Part shown: positions 1 to 9,939 of the stretch, piece by piece
Layout of the letters: the number at the start of each line of letters is the position of its first letter
Position numbering within the stretch: the stretch's first letter is position 1
NCBI GenBank assembly: GCA_963675595.2
Contig: CAXXLZ010000001.1
Location: 672,001-736,000, forward strand
Direction of reading: 5' to 3'
From: Thermodesulfobacteriota bacterium
GTDB taxonomy: Bacteria > Desulfobacterota > Desulfarculia > JACQYL01
DNA length: 64,000 nucleotides
Notes under the pieces: generated by a model
The model's database searches: none
What the model saw: only the letters and a program-made list of their open reading frames with translations
What the model was told of the DNA's origin: nothing
Position numbers and translations under genes: made by a program

Positions 1-2088
1 CTCTGAGTACAGATAAGCCAAGTTGTTGTTCAGGATGGTTACGCTGGGATATTTCTTTATCAACTCCTCAAGAATGGTAATGGCCTTATCGAATTGACCC
101 AGGTTCTCGTAAATAAGCGAAAGGGTAAACCCAATGCGGAAAGAACCGGGTTTTTGGGCATAGATTTCCTGCAGGTTCTTGGATGCCTCTCCGAGTCGTC
201 CGGATTGTGCATACAAAGAGGCCAGATTGTAGTAGGGCTGTTCCCATTCGGGTGATTGCTCGATGGCTGCCTTGAACCGGGCTTCCGCCTCATCGAACTT
301 GCGTTGGCTCATGTAAATGCCGCCCAGCGTGGTGAGCAGGAAGGCGTTATTCGGGTCCTTCTCGAGGAGATCGAGCACCACCTGCTCCGCCTTTTCGGGT
401 TGGCGGATTCTCACATAAGTATCGGCGAGCAGGGAAATCGGTGTCTTGGGGTCGCCCTTCAGACCCATGGCTTTGGTAAACAGATCGATGGCCTGCTCGG
501 CCCTGCCGGTGGCTCGATAGAGCCTGCCCAGTTCCACATACCCGACGTTCTCATCGGGGTATTTTTCTATGAGGGCTTGAAAAGCTTCCTCGGCTTCTTT
601 GGGCTTCTCGTTCAGGGCCAGAGTGCGGCCTTTCTCGGCCATCAGGAGACGGTTGCCCGGAAGCTGCTCCAATCCGCGGTCTATCAGATTGAGCGCGTTC
701 TCCCAATCCTTCTTCCGCTGGTAGTAACGAATCAGGGACATTCGCAACGGGACGTCCCTAGGAAGTTTGTTGACCCCGCTTTTCAATACTTCCAGCGCCA
801 GATCCGCGTTTCCGGAAAAGGCGTGGGCATTGGCAAGAAGCAGGTATCCTTCGGCGTTGTCGGGCAAAATATCCACCGCTTGTCTCAGATGCACTACGGC
901 GTCGTCGAAGCTGCCCTTCTTGAGTTCCGCCTTGCCTTTAAGTAAATGGGCCGGTCCACTGCCCGAGTTTTTTTCGAGCACCTCATCCGCAGTCTTCTCC
1001 GCTTCTTCCCACCGATCCAGCCGGGCAAGGATATTTCCTTTTCTGATCAAGGCCTTTTCCTTGAGTTCCTCCTCAGGAGCGGCCTTCAGAAATTCGTCCA
1101 AAACGGCGAAAGCTCGTGGATAGTCTTCCTGAGCGACGGCGACATCGGTAAGCCCGGCCGAAATCTCCCACGATTCAGGCCATTTTTTCGCGGCTTCCGA
1201 TAATACGACTTGGGCGTCCGCGAAGCGTCTTTCCCTGAACAAAAAGCCGGAATATCCCAATGCGAAGGCGGCCTCGTCGGGGCGACTCTCCATAAGACGC
1301 TTGAACTCCTGCTCGGCCCGGTCCTTCCGACCCGTGTCGAGGAAGAGTTTGGTAAGGAGCAAGGCGTAGGATGGTTCCCCGTTCTTTCGCCGGATGAGTT
1401 CCGTCAGCTCTTGTTCCGCCAAGTCCAGCTTTCCCTCAACCACATACTGATTGGCCAGCACCAGGTAAGGCACGGGATTATCGGGCTCGACCTGCTGGTA
1501 TCGCTTGAGGTATTCCCTGGTCTTCTCCGCGTCGCCCATTTGGCTATAAGCGTCCGCGTAAGCGAAGAGAGCATCTTTTCCGCCCTCTTTCGTATCGATC
1601 TTGTTCAACACTTCCAAAGCCTTCATGGGCTTCTTGTCCACAAGAAATGCCTGAGCTTGAGTCAGGAGGACATCTCCGGAGGGTGAGGGCTTTGCCAAGA
1701 GCGGGGCAAGGGTTTCCAGTGCCCGGGACGCCTGTCTCGCCTTGACCAGAATCCGAGCGATTTCCAGGCGAGCCTCATCCAGGCCTTCATCCAATTCCAG
1801 GGCCTTGCTGAACGCCCCGTATGCGCCGCCGATATCTTCTTCCTTCAGTTTGGTCTTGGCCAGATAGAAATACCCCTGAGCGAACTTGGGGTCCAACTGG
1901 ATGGCGTTCTTGAACTCAAGGGCCGCCTTGTCATATTCACCTTTTTCCAACAGAGCGACTCCCTTCTTTATGAAGGAGTCCCTCTTCTCCTCCTTGCTGG
2001 AGCAAGAAACCAGGAGGACGCCGATAATGAGAAGGCTCAGCAGGGACACAAGGGCTCGTGTCTTCTTCTTCAGAGGGGCCATGAGCAT
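1..2088 (-). CDS. TPR-repeat lipoprotein (PrsT-like), 3' end runs off the window
   Basis: Absent from the ORF track (no stop in window). Manual translation from ATG 2088: MLMAPLKKKTRALVSLLSLLIIGVLLVSC (lipobox), then TPR motifs such as YDKAALEFKNAIQLDPKFAQGY; reads ILNNNLAYLYSE at the window edge. AAGGA RBS. Confidence 0.85.
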   Translation of the reverse strand, partial: MLMAPLKKKTRALVSLLSLLIIGVLLVSCSSKEEKRDSFIKKGVALLEKGEYDKAALEFKNAIQLDPKFAQGYFYLAKTKLKEEDIGGAYGAFSKALELDEGLDEARLEIARILVKARQASRALETLAPLLAKPSPSGDVLLTQAQAFLVDKKPMKALEVLNKIDTKEGGKDALFAYADAYSQMGDAEKTREYLKRYQQVEPDNPVPYLVLANQYVVEGKLDLAEQELTELIRRKNGEPSYALLLTKLFLDTGRKDRAEQEFKRLMESRPDEAAFALGYSGFLFRERRFADAQVVLSEAAKKWPESWEISAGLTDVAVAQEDYPRAFAVLDEFLKAAPEEELKEKALIRKGNILARLDRWEEAEKTADEVLEKNSGSGPAHLLKGKAELKKGSFDDAVVHLRQAVDILPDNAEGYLLLANAHAFSGNADLALEVLKSGVNKLPRDVPLRMSLIRYYQRKKDWENALNLIDRGLEQLPGNRLLMAEKGRTLALNEKPKEAEEAFQALIEKYPDENVGYVELGRLYRATGRAEQAIDLFTKAMGLKGDPKTPISLLADTYVRIRQPEKAEQVVLDLLEKDPNNAFLLTTLGGIYMSQRKFDEAEARFKAAIEQSPEWEQPYYNLASLYAQSGRLGEASKNLQEIYAQKPGSFRIGFTLSLIYENLGQFDKAITILEELIKKYPSVTILNNNLAYLYSE

Positions 2089-2222
2089 TTTCCTTTCAAA
2101 AAATGCCTGAAGTCGGGCAGGACGTCTTGACGACGTTGCGCGTTAACTATGTCGGCGCGTGCCGAGACGGGGGTTGGATCCTTCTACCGAACCGGTGGCC
2201 CGGTGGAGTTCATATTGGACTC

Positions 2223-2251
2223 ACGTTACATGCCCCTGAATTTCTTGTCAA
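2223..2251 (-). promoter_or_regulatory. sigma70-type promoter for the TPR gene
   Basis: TTGACA-17 nt-TAACGT on the minus strand. Confidence 0.55.
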
Positions 2252-2297
2252 CGGCAACGTGAGGCCGAATGCATTCCAGGGTAATGCAAATGTTCGC

Positions 2298-2651
2298 TTA
2301 GAACCGGAACCTCGCACGTTTCATTGCCTCACGAAAGCGGGAAGCCCGACGCTCGGCGGGATTTGGGGGGTATATCCGTCCGGAGCCGCTGCAATCCGGG
2401 CAGATGCCGTTGGCGAAATCAACGCAGCAGGAGTTTTCAGGGGGAGGGTAGGCGCAGATCATGCCGGTGCCCGCGCAGCGTGGACACGTTTGATGCAAAA
2501 TCATAAGGTTAGAGCCGGACGCCGGGGACACAGAGGTTGTCGTTCCGTCGGGATCGTCGGCCGCCGGACTTGGGGCGCGGGCGTCCGAATTTTCCACGTC
2601 ATTTGCGGACTTGAGTCCGGCCGAGTCCGGGTGTTCAATTTTGGCGGTCAT
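2298..2651 (-). CDS. small protein with two DnaJ-type zinc-finger motifs (alternative start 2504)
   Basis: CPRCAGTG and CPDCSGSG (CxxCxGxG twice); start overlaps the pyrF stop. Confidence 0.5.
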   Translation of the reverse strand: MTAKIEHPDSAGLKSANDVENSDARAPSPAADDPDGTTTSVSPASGSNLMILHQTCPRCAGTGMICAYPPPENSCCVDFANGICPDCSGSGRIYPPNPAERRASRFREAMKRARFRF

Positions 2652-3399
2652 GAACGCCCCGTTCGATTTCCTCGAGCACTCGCCTCGCGGCTTCGGTTCT
2701 GTTTTCGGCGTTCTGGATGGGTCTACCCACCACAAGAAGATCGGAACCGTTCAAAATCGCCTCGTAAGGCGTGGTGATACGCTTCTGATCGTCACCCTGA
2801 ACCAAGCTCCATTCGGGGCGTATACCCGGCGTAATGATCAGGAATTCTTCTCCAAGTTCGCGTCTGACTCGCGACGCTTCACGGGGAGAGCAGACAATGC
2901 CGTGGCATCCGGCGTCGAGAGCGATACGGGCTCTGAGCAGCACCAGAAGGCCCGGGTCGGTTTCGAACTCGGTGCGGAAGCCCAAGCGACCCAGATCGTC
3001 GGAATTGAGGCTCGTAAGTACGGTAACTCCCAGCACACGGGTCCCGTGCGCCCGTCCTGCGCGTTCCAGGGCCGCATTCATCGGTCCCGCTCCTTCATCG
3101 CAATGCACCGTGACGAAGTCCGCTCCGAGGGAGGCGGCGGAACGGAACGCTCCACCCACCGTATTGGGGATATCGTGGAATTTGAGATCCAGAAAGATTT
3201 TAGCGTCCTCGGAGACTTGTTTAACTTCCCGGATAATGGAAGGGCCTTCCTTGACGAAAAGCTCAAGACCGATTTTAAACACACCCACATGCTCTTTCAG
3301 CTCACGGGCGAGTTTGAGGGCCTGTTCCGCCCCGGGGACGTCCAGTGGGAAGATGAGGCGGTCCCGTGCCTTGAGATCGTCTCGAAACGATGATGTCAA
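2635..3399 (-). CDS. pyrF: orotidine-5'-phosphate decarboxylase
   Basis: LIFPLDV, FKIGLELF, FLDLKFHDIPNTV, TPGIR, DDQKR and VVGRPI motifs. Confidence 0.97.
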   Translation of the reverse strand: MTSSFRDDLKARDRLIFPLDVPGAEQALKLARELKEHVGVFKIGLELFVKEGPSIIREVKQVSEDAKIFLDLKFHDIPNTVGGAFRSAASLGADFVTVHCDEGAGPMNAALERAGRAHGTRVLGVTVLTSLNSDDLGRLGFRTEFETDPGLLVLLRARIALDAGCHGIVCSPREASRVRRELGEEFLIITPGIRPEWSLVQGDDQKRITTPYEAILNGSDLLVVGRPIQNAENRTEAARRVLEEIERGVHDRQN

Positions 3400-3632
3400 A
3401 ACAAACTCCCGTCGTGACCGGGGAAGCCCCGGTCCTTAATTTAATCGTGTATTGTCCGGAGTGCGTTCGCGGAATTCGATGGAATCATTGCGACAGTCGG
3501 AGCTGTTTGTCAAGGAGCCCTTCGGGTGGAGAGACAGTCGGATTTGTCCGAGGTTCGCTACACAAGGGGGCTTCTTCGGATCCCATGTATCTTGGGCTGC
3601 ACAAAAAGTGGTGTACAACGGCCATTCAACTG

Positions 3633-3660
3633 TTGAATTTCCGCCGATTGGTGATATAGT
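3633..3660 (+). promoter_or_regulatory. putative sigma70 promoter upstream of the cupin-hdr cluster
   Basis: TTGAAT-16 nt-TATAGT with extended -10 TGn; an ATTCAAC-T-GTTGAAT palindrome overlaps the -35. Confidence 0.4.
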
Positions 3661-3821
3661 CCCTTGTGCTTGGACGGAGCGGGAACCAAGGCGGAATCAC
3701 TGGAACCATAAGCAATTCCGGTGCGTTTTATCCCTCCGGTAGGACGTGTGGGCGCCGAAGGTGCCGATAAGCTGCCGACCCTCGATGATGAAGGAAGCGT
3801 TCCGAAAGCAGCGACCAGCCA

Positions 3822-4187
3822 ATGCCTCGACCTCTGATTATACGTCCCGAGCAGGAACAGGAAGTCTGGTTCGAAGAGGGGTGTTACATCCTCGAATGTC
3901 TGAATTCCCAGGCGGATCCGCAGACGTCCATCGCGAAGGCCCGCGTTCTTCCGGGAACGGCCACTGTTCGGCATTTCCTGCGAGCCACGACGGAACGGTA
4001 CTACATATTGGAGGGCGAGGGAGTCGTGGAGATCGGCGAGGAACCTCCCACGGCCGTGGGACCGGGGGACGTGGTACTCATCCCGCCTGAAGTTCGGCAG
4101 AGAATATGCAATGCGGGTTCGGGTGATTTGGTCTTTCTATGTGTTTGTACCCCTCGATTCAAAGCGGAGAATTACGTCTCGTCATGA
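3822..4187 (+). CDS. cupin domain protein
   Basis: H..ERYYILEGEG and VGPGDVVLIPP cupin motifs. Confidence 0.85.
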   Translation: MPRPLIIRPEQEQEVWFEEGCYILECLNSQADPQTSIAKARVLPGTATVRHFLRATTERYYILEGEGVVEIGEEPPTAVGPGDVVLIPPEVRQRICNAGSGDLVFLCVCTPRFKAENYVSS

Positions 4188-4311
4188 AATCGGGCATCCG
4201 GGATATGTGACTCTGTGATGCCGGTGGAAACCGATTATGGAAAACCCGCCTTTCCTCTTCACATCCGAAGGATGATTTCGAGAGGGACGGCAATGGGGAA
4301 GGATTGACGAT

Positions 4312-4878
4312 ATGCAGGATGTGAAGCCCATGGTACCCGACACAAGGTTCATGCGCGCGGTCGAGGAAGGCAGCGGGATCAAGATTTCCGCTTGCTTCCA
4401 ATGTAAGAAGTGCACCAACGGGTGTCCGACTTCCTTCGCCATGGACATCTACCCGGATCAGGTGATTCGCCTCGTTCAGATGGGGCAGCGTGAAAAGGTA
4501 TTGAATTCAAGTACCATCTGGGTCTGCTCGTCCTGCCAGACCTGCAGCACCCGATGCCCCAACGAAGTGGATATCGCGGGCACCATGGACTACCTTAAGG
4601 AAATGGCCGTACGTGAGGGCATATCCGTGCCCCAGTCGCGCACCAAAGCTTTCCACGAGGCTTTTCTCGAGGATATCCGAAGAAGGGGCCGCATTTCGGA
4701 AGGCGGCATGATGAGCATGTACATGCTCAAGAGCGGTGAAATTTGGGACAAGTTAAGGTCCGGAGACATCAAGGAAGACGTCGTTCTGGCCTTTGAAATG
4801 TTGAAAAGAGGCAGAATGCCGGTGTTGCCCAAAGGGATCAGGGCAAAGGACGAGGTCCGGAAGATCATCGACGGTTGA
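4312..4878 (+). CDS. hdrC: heterodisulfide reductase subunit C-like 2x[4Fe-4S] protein
   Basis: CFQCKKCTNGCP and IWVCSSCQTCSTRCP; directly precedes hdrB. Confidence 0.92.
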   Translation: MQDVKPMVPDTRFMRAVEEGSGIKISACFQCKKCTNGCPTSFAMDIYPDQVIRLVQMGQREKVLNSSTIWVCSSCQTCSTRCPNEVDIAGTMDYLKEMAVREGISVPQSRTKAFHEAFLEDIRRRGRISEGGMMSMYMLKSGEIWDKLRSGDIKEDVVLAFEMLKRGRMPVLPKGIRAKDEVRKIIDG

Positions 4879-4915
4879 ATGGGGACCAACCCCGTCTTGA
4901 GGGGAAGGAAGGCAG

Positions 4916-5797
4916 ATGAAAGTCACGTATTATCCGGGATGCTCTTTGGAAGGGTCGGCCCGGGATTACGCGCTGTCCATTGAGGGCGTGTGCAGGGCTT
5001 TGGGACTGGAGTTGGAGGAACTGGAAGACTGGAGCTGCTGTGGCGCCACCGCGGCCCATTCCATCAACCACAGAGTGTCCGTGGAGCTACCCGCTAGAAA
5101 TCTCGCCATGGCTGAGGCCAAAGGGATGGATATGGTCGTTCCGTGTCCGCTTTGCTTCAACCGGCTGAAGGGCGCTGAAAAGGCCTTGCTGCAAGACGAA
5201 GCCGGGGAATATTCGGCTTCTTTTCAGGGCAGGATCGGGATTCACGACTTGGCGAATTTCATGGCGCAACCGGAGATTCTCAAAAGAATCACGGAATCGG
5301 CCAAGAGACGCCTGAAAGGGCTTAACGCGGTCTGCTACTATGGTTGCATGGCCAGTCGTCCACCGAGAGTCACGGATTCCAGGGAATACGAAAATCCCAC
5401 GAGTATGGATCGGATTCTCAAAGCCATCGGTGTCGAGGTCAAGCCATGGTCTTATAAGACGGAATGCTGCGGCGCCAGTCATGCGGTCGCCCGCAGAGAC
5501 ATGGTCTACAAGATGGTGGGAAGGCTTTACGACAAGGCCCTGGAAGCCGGCGCCAACTGCGTGGTGGTTTCCTGTCAGATGTGCCAGGCCAACCTGGACC
5601 TGTATCAGGACCAGATATCCGAGGAGATGGGCAAGAGCTATTATTTGCCGGTACTCTATTTCACCGAACTGATCGGCATGGCCCTGGGCATCAAGCAGGC
5701 CCGTGATTGGGTCGGCAAACATTTCGTACGCCCGTACCATCTTTTCGGCAGTGTGGGACTCGTGGACCGACGTCCGGGGTCACGCATAATGGAGTGA
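4916..5797 (+). CDS. hdrB: heterodisulfide reductase subunit B (two CCG domains)
   Basis: YYPGCSL..SCCGA..CPLC and YYGC..ECCGA..CQMCQANLD. Confidence 0.95.
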   Translation: MKVTYYPGCSLEGSARDYALSIEGVCRALGLELEELEDWSCCGATAAHSINHRVSVELPARNLAMAEAKGMDMVVPCPLCFNRLKGAEKALLQDEAGEYSASFQGRIGIHDLANFMAQPEILKRITESAKRRLKGLNAVCYYGCMASRPPRVTDSREYENPTSMDRILKAIGVEVKPWSYKTECCGASHAVARRDMVYKMVGRLYDKALEAGANCVVVSCQMCQANLDLYQDQISEEMGKSYYLPVLYFTELIGMALGIKQARDWVGKHFVRPYHLFGSVGLVDRRPGSRIME

Positions 5798-5799
5798 AT

Positions 5800-6231
5800 A
5801 TGTCAGGGGAAGCAAAGGAAACGACAACCGGGTCTACAGGCAAGACGGGTTCCGTAGTGGTCGTGGGAGGAGGCATTGCCGGGATGCAGGCGGCACTGGA
5901 CCTCGCCAACCAGGGATTTCACGTTCATTTGGTGGAAAGAGACCTTTCCATCGGCGGCGTCATGGCTCAATTGGACAAGACATTTCCCACGAACGACTGT
6001 TCCACTTGTATGATTTCACCCCGCCTGATCGAAGTGGCCGCCAATCCCAACATCACGATTCATTCCATGAGCGATGTGATCGCCGTGGAGGGCGAGCCGG
6101 GTCGTTTCAAGGTCAGGTTGCGAAAACGGAACAGGGGCGTGGACATGAACCTTTGTACGGGTTGCGGCACTTGTATGTCGGTGTGCCCTGTGACTCATCA
6201 GCCCAAGAAACCCGGGTCGGACACCGACTAG
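5800..6231 (+). CDS. hdrA: HdrA N-terminal fragment (first FAD-binding motif plus one Fe-S motif)
   Basis: VVVVGGGIAGMQAALDLA, IGGVMAQLDKTFPTNDCSTC, CTGCGTCMSVCP; ends in TAG after 143 aa. Confidence 0.85.
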   Translation: MSGEAKETTTGSTGKTGSVVVVGGGIAGMQAALDLANQGFHVHLVERDLSIGGVMAQLDKTFPTNDCSTCMISPRLIEVAANPNITIHSMSDVIAVEGEPGRFKVRLRKRNRGVDMNLCTGCGTCMSVCPVTHQPKKPGSDTD

Positions 6232-6405
6232 CCGGGTCGGAAATAACGGTGTGGGGAAAGCCGATTCGGAGCGAAAAGCCGGGAGGCGTAAACTCGCCCG
6301 GATAATCGGCCCCGAAAAGAAATTCCATGAATGAGGTACCCTCCCGGTGCGCAAGGCACGCGTGCAAGATCGGGAAGGGACCTTTCGGCAGGGAAGTTGG
6401 AGCCT

Positions 6406-9354
6406 ATGGCAAAGGAAAAGGCGAAGGGTAAAAAAACCCACGGAAAATGTGTTTACTGCGGCCGCTGTGCCAAGATGTGCGAACGCATCGGAGCTTCTGC
6501 GATCACTCAGGCGGCCCGGGGCGAGCACCCCCAAGGAACCTCTCCCATCACCATCGATCCGAACGCATGTGTGGGCTGTGGAGCGTGCATTTCGGTCTGC
6601 CCCACGGAGCACATGACGGTTGAGCGCGTCAGGAGCTTCAACAAGAATATGGGGCCGATCATTCCCTCGGAGTTTAATGAGGGATTGGCGGGACGCAAAC
6701 CGGTTCATGTCCCCTATGCTCAGGCTGTTCCCAACAAACCGGGGATTGATCCCAGGTACTGCGTTCACTTCGTGACCGGCGGGTGCAAAATCTGCGCTGA
6801 AAATTGTCCCACGTGCGCCATCACTCACGACATGGCCGAAGAGGAGATCGAGATCGAGGCCGGAGCCGTGATTATGGCAACGGGCTACAGACCGTTTGAT
6901 GCCGCGGGCAAGCCCGAATACGGGTATGAGCTCTATCCCAACGTGATCACCAGCCTGGAATTCGAGCGTCTCTTGTCGGCGGCCGGTCCCTGCGCCGGTC
7001 ACGTGGTTCGCGTTTCCGACGGTCGCGATCCCAAAAAAGTCGCCTGGATTCAATGCGTGGGTTCCCGAGACGCCTCAATCGGCAAAGATTACTGCTCCTC
7101 CGTGTGCTGCATGTACGCCACCAAGCAGGCGATCATTGCAAAGGAGCATGACGCCGAGTTGGAGCCGACGATTTTCTTTATCGACATCAGAGCCCACGGC
7201 AAGGGCTTCGACCGATACTACGAACGGGCCAAAGGCGAACACGGCGTTCGCTACGTGCGCAGCATGGTTTCCAAAATCCTGGAGAATCCCATCACCCATG
7301 ACGTTGAGGTGAGATACCTGGACGAAGCGGGCGAGTTTCGGGAGGAAAAGTTCGACATGGTCGTGCTTTCCGTGGGTCTTTCTCCACATCCGTCCACGGA
7401 AGAGGCCGCGGCGGCGCTGGGCATCGAATTGGATCGTTTCGGTTTTGCAGAACGAAGGCCTTTCGACCTCATCGCCACGTCCCGTCCGGGAGTCTTTTCC
7501 TGTGGGACCTTCCAGGCGCCGAAAGACATCCCCGAAACGGTGGCTCAGGCATCGAGTGCGGCGGGGGAGGCTCATCGGCTTCTATCGGAAGCCCGGGGCA
7601 CTCAGGTGAAGGAGATTGAGTACCCGGAAGAGCGAGATACGTCCGGGGAGGAACCACGCATCGGGGTCTTCGTTTGTCACTGCGGCATCAATATCGCCGG
7701 GGTGGTGGACGTGAAAGAAGTGGCCGCATACGCGGAGAAACTTCCTCACGTAGTGTTCGCCACGGACTTGATGTTTTCCTGTTCTACGGACTCCCAAGAG
7801 AAGATGCGGGAGGTCATCAAGGATCAACAACTCAACCGCGTGGTGGTGGCCTCCTGTTCACCTCGAACCCACGAACCGCTTTTCCAGGATACCATCCGTA
7901 AAGAGGGATTGAACAAGTACCTCTTTGATATGGCCAACATCCGGGACCAATGCTCCTGGGTGCACCAGAAAGCGCCCAAGGACGCCACGGAAAAGGCCAA
8001 AGACCTGGTCAGGATGTCCGTTTCCAGGGCCGCGTTGCTCGAACCCCTCAGGGAAGTGCCTTTTGACGTCACCCAAAAAGGACTGGTCATCGGGGGAGGG
8101 GTCGCCGGTATGACGGCCGCTCTGACTCTGGCGGACCAGGGTTTTGAGACCACTCTGGTCGAGAAGACCGACACCCTGGGCGGTGAAGCCGGCAAACTCC
8201 ATTTCAATGCTGCGGGCGACGACATCCGGAAATACCTGGAAGACCTGATCGGACGTGCGACGAGTCACGAAAAGGTACGGGTCATCACTTTGGGTCAAGT
8301 AGTGGAGACTCAAGGGCATGTTGGAGAGTTCAAGAGCCGCGTCAAGACTCCCGACGGATTCGTAGAAGTGGAGCACGGCGCCACCATCGTGACCACGGGC
8401 GGGCAGGAATACAAACCCTCGGAATACCTCTACGGCGATCATCCCGGAGTATTGACTCAGCGGGAATTTCACGGCCTCTTGGGGGCTCGGGATCCCCGAA
8501 TTCGGGAAGCCAAGAATGTGGTCATGATCCAATGTGTGGGTTCGCGAGAACCCGAACATCCCTATTGCAGCCGAATCTGCTGCACCCAGGCGGTGACCAA
8601 CGCCCTCGAACTTAAAAGGCAGAATCCCGAAGCCCAGGTTTATGTTCTTTTCCGGGACATCCGGACCTTCGGCATGAATGAGCTCCACTATCAGAAGGCA
8701 CGGCAGGCCGGGGTTCGATTCATACGATTCGACACGGACCAAAAGCCCGAGGTGCTTTCCGATTCTCGCGGACTTACGGTGAAGGTGTTCGACAGGAACA
8801 TGCGCACGGACCTCGAAATCCCCGTGAGTCACGTGGTGTTGAGCGTTGCCGTCAGGCCCAATGAAGGCAGCAAGGCGTTGGCTTCGGCCCTGAAATTGCC
8901 CTTCGACGCGGATGGCTTTTTCCTTGAAGCCCACGTCAAACTTCGGCCCTTGGATTTCGCCAATCAAGGCTATTTCCTTGCCGGGTTGGGGCACAGCCCC
9001 AAGTTTCTCGAGGAGTCCATCGCCCAAGCCAAGGGTGCGGCCAGCCGGGCCGCCACGATCCTGGCCAAGGAAAAGATGTTCGTTGGGGGCGCCGTCGCCG
9101 TGGTGGATCGAGAGGAGTGCGTCGTGTGCCTGACCTGCGTCCGGGTTTGTCCTTTCGGGGTGCCCAAGGTGGCCGAAGACGGGGTCATCAAGATCGATCC
9201 GGCGGAGTGCCAGGGATGCGGGGTTTGCGCCGCGGCCTGTCCGCGCAAGTTGATCCAGGTTCAGCATATGAAGGACAACCAGGTCATTGCATTGGAAACC
9301 TCGATTTTTCCAATGGACGAAATCATCGACGAACTCGGCCGGGAAACCGCCTGA
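6406..9354 (+). CDS. hdrA: HdrA-family flavoprotein, main part (large double-HdrA type)
   Basis: PSEFNEGL, WIQCVGSRD..YCSSVCC, RIGVFVCHCG, ASCSPRTHE, GGGVAG, second QCVGSR..YCSRICC, C-terminal ferredoxin; GGAG RBS before ATG 6406. Confidence 0.92.
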   Translation: MAKEKAKGKKTHGKCVYCGRCAKMCERIGASAITQAARGEHPQGTSPITIDPNACVGCGACISVCPTEHMTVERVRSFNKNMGPIIPSEFNEGLAGRKPVHVPYAQAVPNKPGIDPRYCVHFVTGGCKICAENCPTCAITHDMAEEEIEIEAGAVIMATGYRPFDAAGKPEYGYELYPNVITSLEFERLLSAAGPCAGHVVRVSDGRDPKKVAWIQCVGSRDASIGKDYCSSVCCMYATKQAIIAKEHDAELEPTIFFIDIRAHGKGFDRYYERAKGEHGVRYVRSMVSKILENPITHDVEVRYLDEAGEFREEKFDMVVLSVGLSPHPSTEEAAAALGIELDRFGFAERRPFDLIATSRPGVFSCGTFQAPKDIPETVAQASSAAGEAHRLLSEARGTQVKEIEYPEERDTSGEEPRIGVFVCHCGINIAGVVDVKEVAAYAEKLPHVVFATDLMFSCSTDSQEKMREVIKDQQLNRVVVASCSPRTHEPLFQDTIRKEGLNKYLFDMANIRDQCSWVHQKAPKDATEKAKDLVRMSVSRAALLEPLREVPFDVTQKGLVIGGGVAGMTAALTLADQGFETTLVEKTDTLGGEAGKLHFNAAGDDIRKYLEDLIGRATSHEKVRVITLGQVVETQGHVGEFKSRVKTPDGFVEVEHGATIVTTGGQEYKPSEYLYGDHPGVLTQREFHGLLGARDPRIREAKNVVMIQCVGSREPEHPYCSRICCTQAVTNALELKRQNPEAQVYVLFRDIRTFGMNELHYQKARQAGVRFIRFDTDQKPEVLSDSRGLTVKVFDRNMRTDLEIPVSHVVLSVAVRPNEGSKALASALKLPFDADGFFLEAHVKLRPLDFANQGYFLAGLGHSPKFLEESIAQAKGAASRAATILAKEKMFVGGAVAVVDREECVVCLTCVRVCPFGVPKVAEDGVIKIDPAECQGCGVCAAACPRKLIQVQHMKDNQVIALETSIFPMDEIIDELGRETA

Positions 9355-9449
9355 GACGTTGGTGAAACGGCGGGTATCCAGCGTGGTTGGAGTTACCTGT
9401 TAACCATGTGGGAGGGATTCTTGAATCGCCTTCCCACGAGGGACAAAAT

Positions 9450-9938
9450 ATGAGTTCGGGAAATATGGAATTAGAGCCCAAGATTGTGGCCATGGTGTGC
9501 ACCTACTGCACCTATACCGCCGCCGACATGGCCGGCTCCATGAGGCTGCAATATCCCTCAGGGGTAAGGGTCGTTAAGCTTCCCTGTACGGGGAAGGTTG
9601 ATACGATTCATATCCTGAAGGCTTTCCAGGCGGGGGCGGATGCCATCCTGGTCGGTGGTTGAGAACTCGGCGACTGCCATTTCCTGGAAGGAAATATGAG
9701 AGCGAAAGAGCGGGTCGAGCACGCCAAAGAGCTGCTTGACGAGGTGGGGATCGGTGGTGAACGGCTTGAGATGTATCACATCGGAGCCTCGGATGCACCG
9801 CTGTGGGCCGAGCGTGTGGAAGAAATGACGGAACGGGTCCGGCGATTGGGCCCCAACCCGTTGCGAGTCATTCGGGCCCAACGTGCGCGGAAGATAGAGG
9901 AAGACGTATCCCGGAGCGGAAACTCCCAGGAGAGCTGA
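9450..9938 (+). CDS. mvhD: MvhD/FlxD [2Fe-2S] subunit, selenoprotein (UGA 9660-9662 read as Sec)
   Basis: Track ORFs 9387-9662 and 9696-9938 are in one frame. Joined they read CTYC..LPCTGK..ILVGG-U-ELGDCHFLEGN..ERLEM..LGPNPL, with UGA at the conserved Cys position. Confidence 0.9.
9663..9698 (+). promoter_or_regulatory. bacterial SECIS-like hairpin
   Basis: ATTTCCT-GGA-AGGAAAT perfect 7-bp stem; G-starting apical loop 23 nt after the UGA. Confidence 0.7.
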
Positions 9939-9939
9939 A

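Noticed and set aside
256-1686. Long plus-strand ORFs in the track (256-945, 1210-1686)
   Set aside because: Antisense shadows of the minus-strand TPR gene. The same applies to 7858-9267, 27485-28810, 50467-51384, 57189-58916 and other shadows of real genes.
3745-3775. GGCGCCGAAGGTGC resembling part of a glycine riboswitch
   Set aside because: The other conserved blocks (GGAGA, CTCAGG) are missing; it looks like a simple hairpin
6229-6231. TAG readthrough (pyrrolysine) joining the two hdrA parts
   Set aside because: An in-frame TAA follows four codons later
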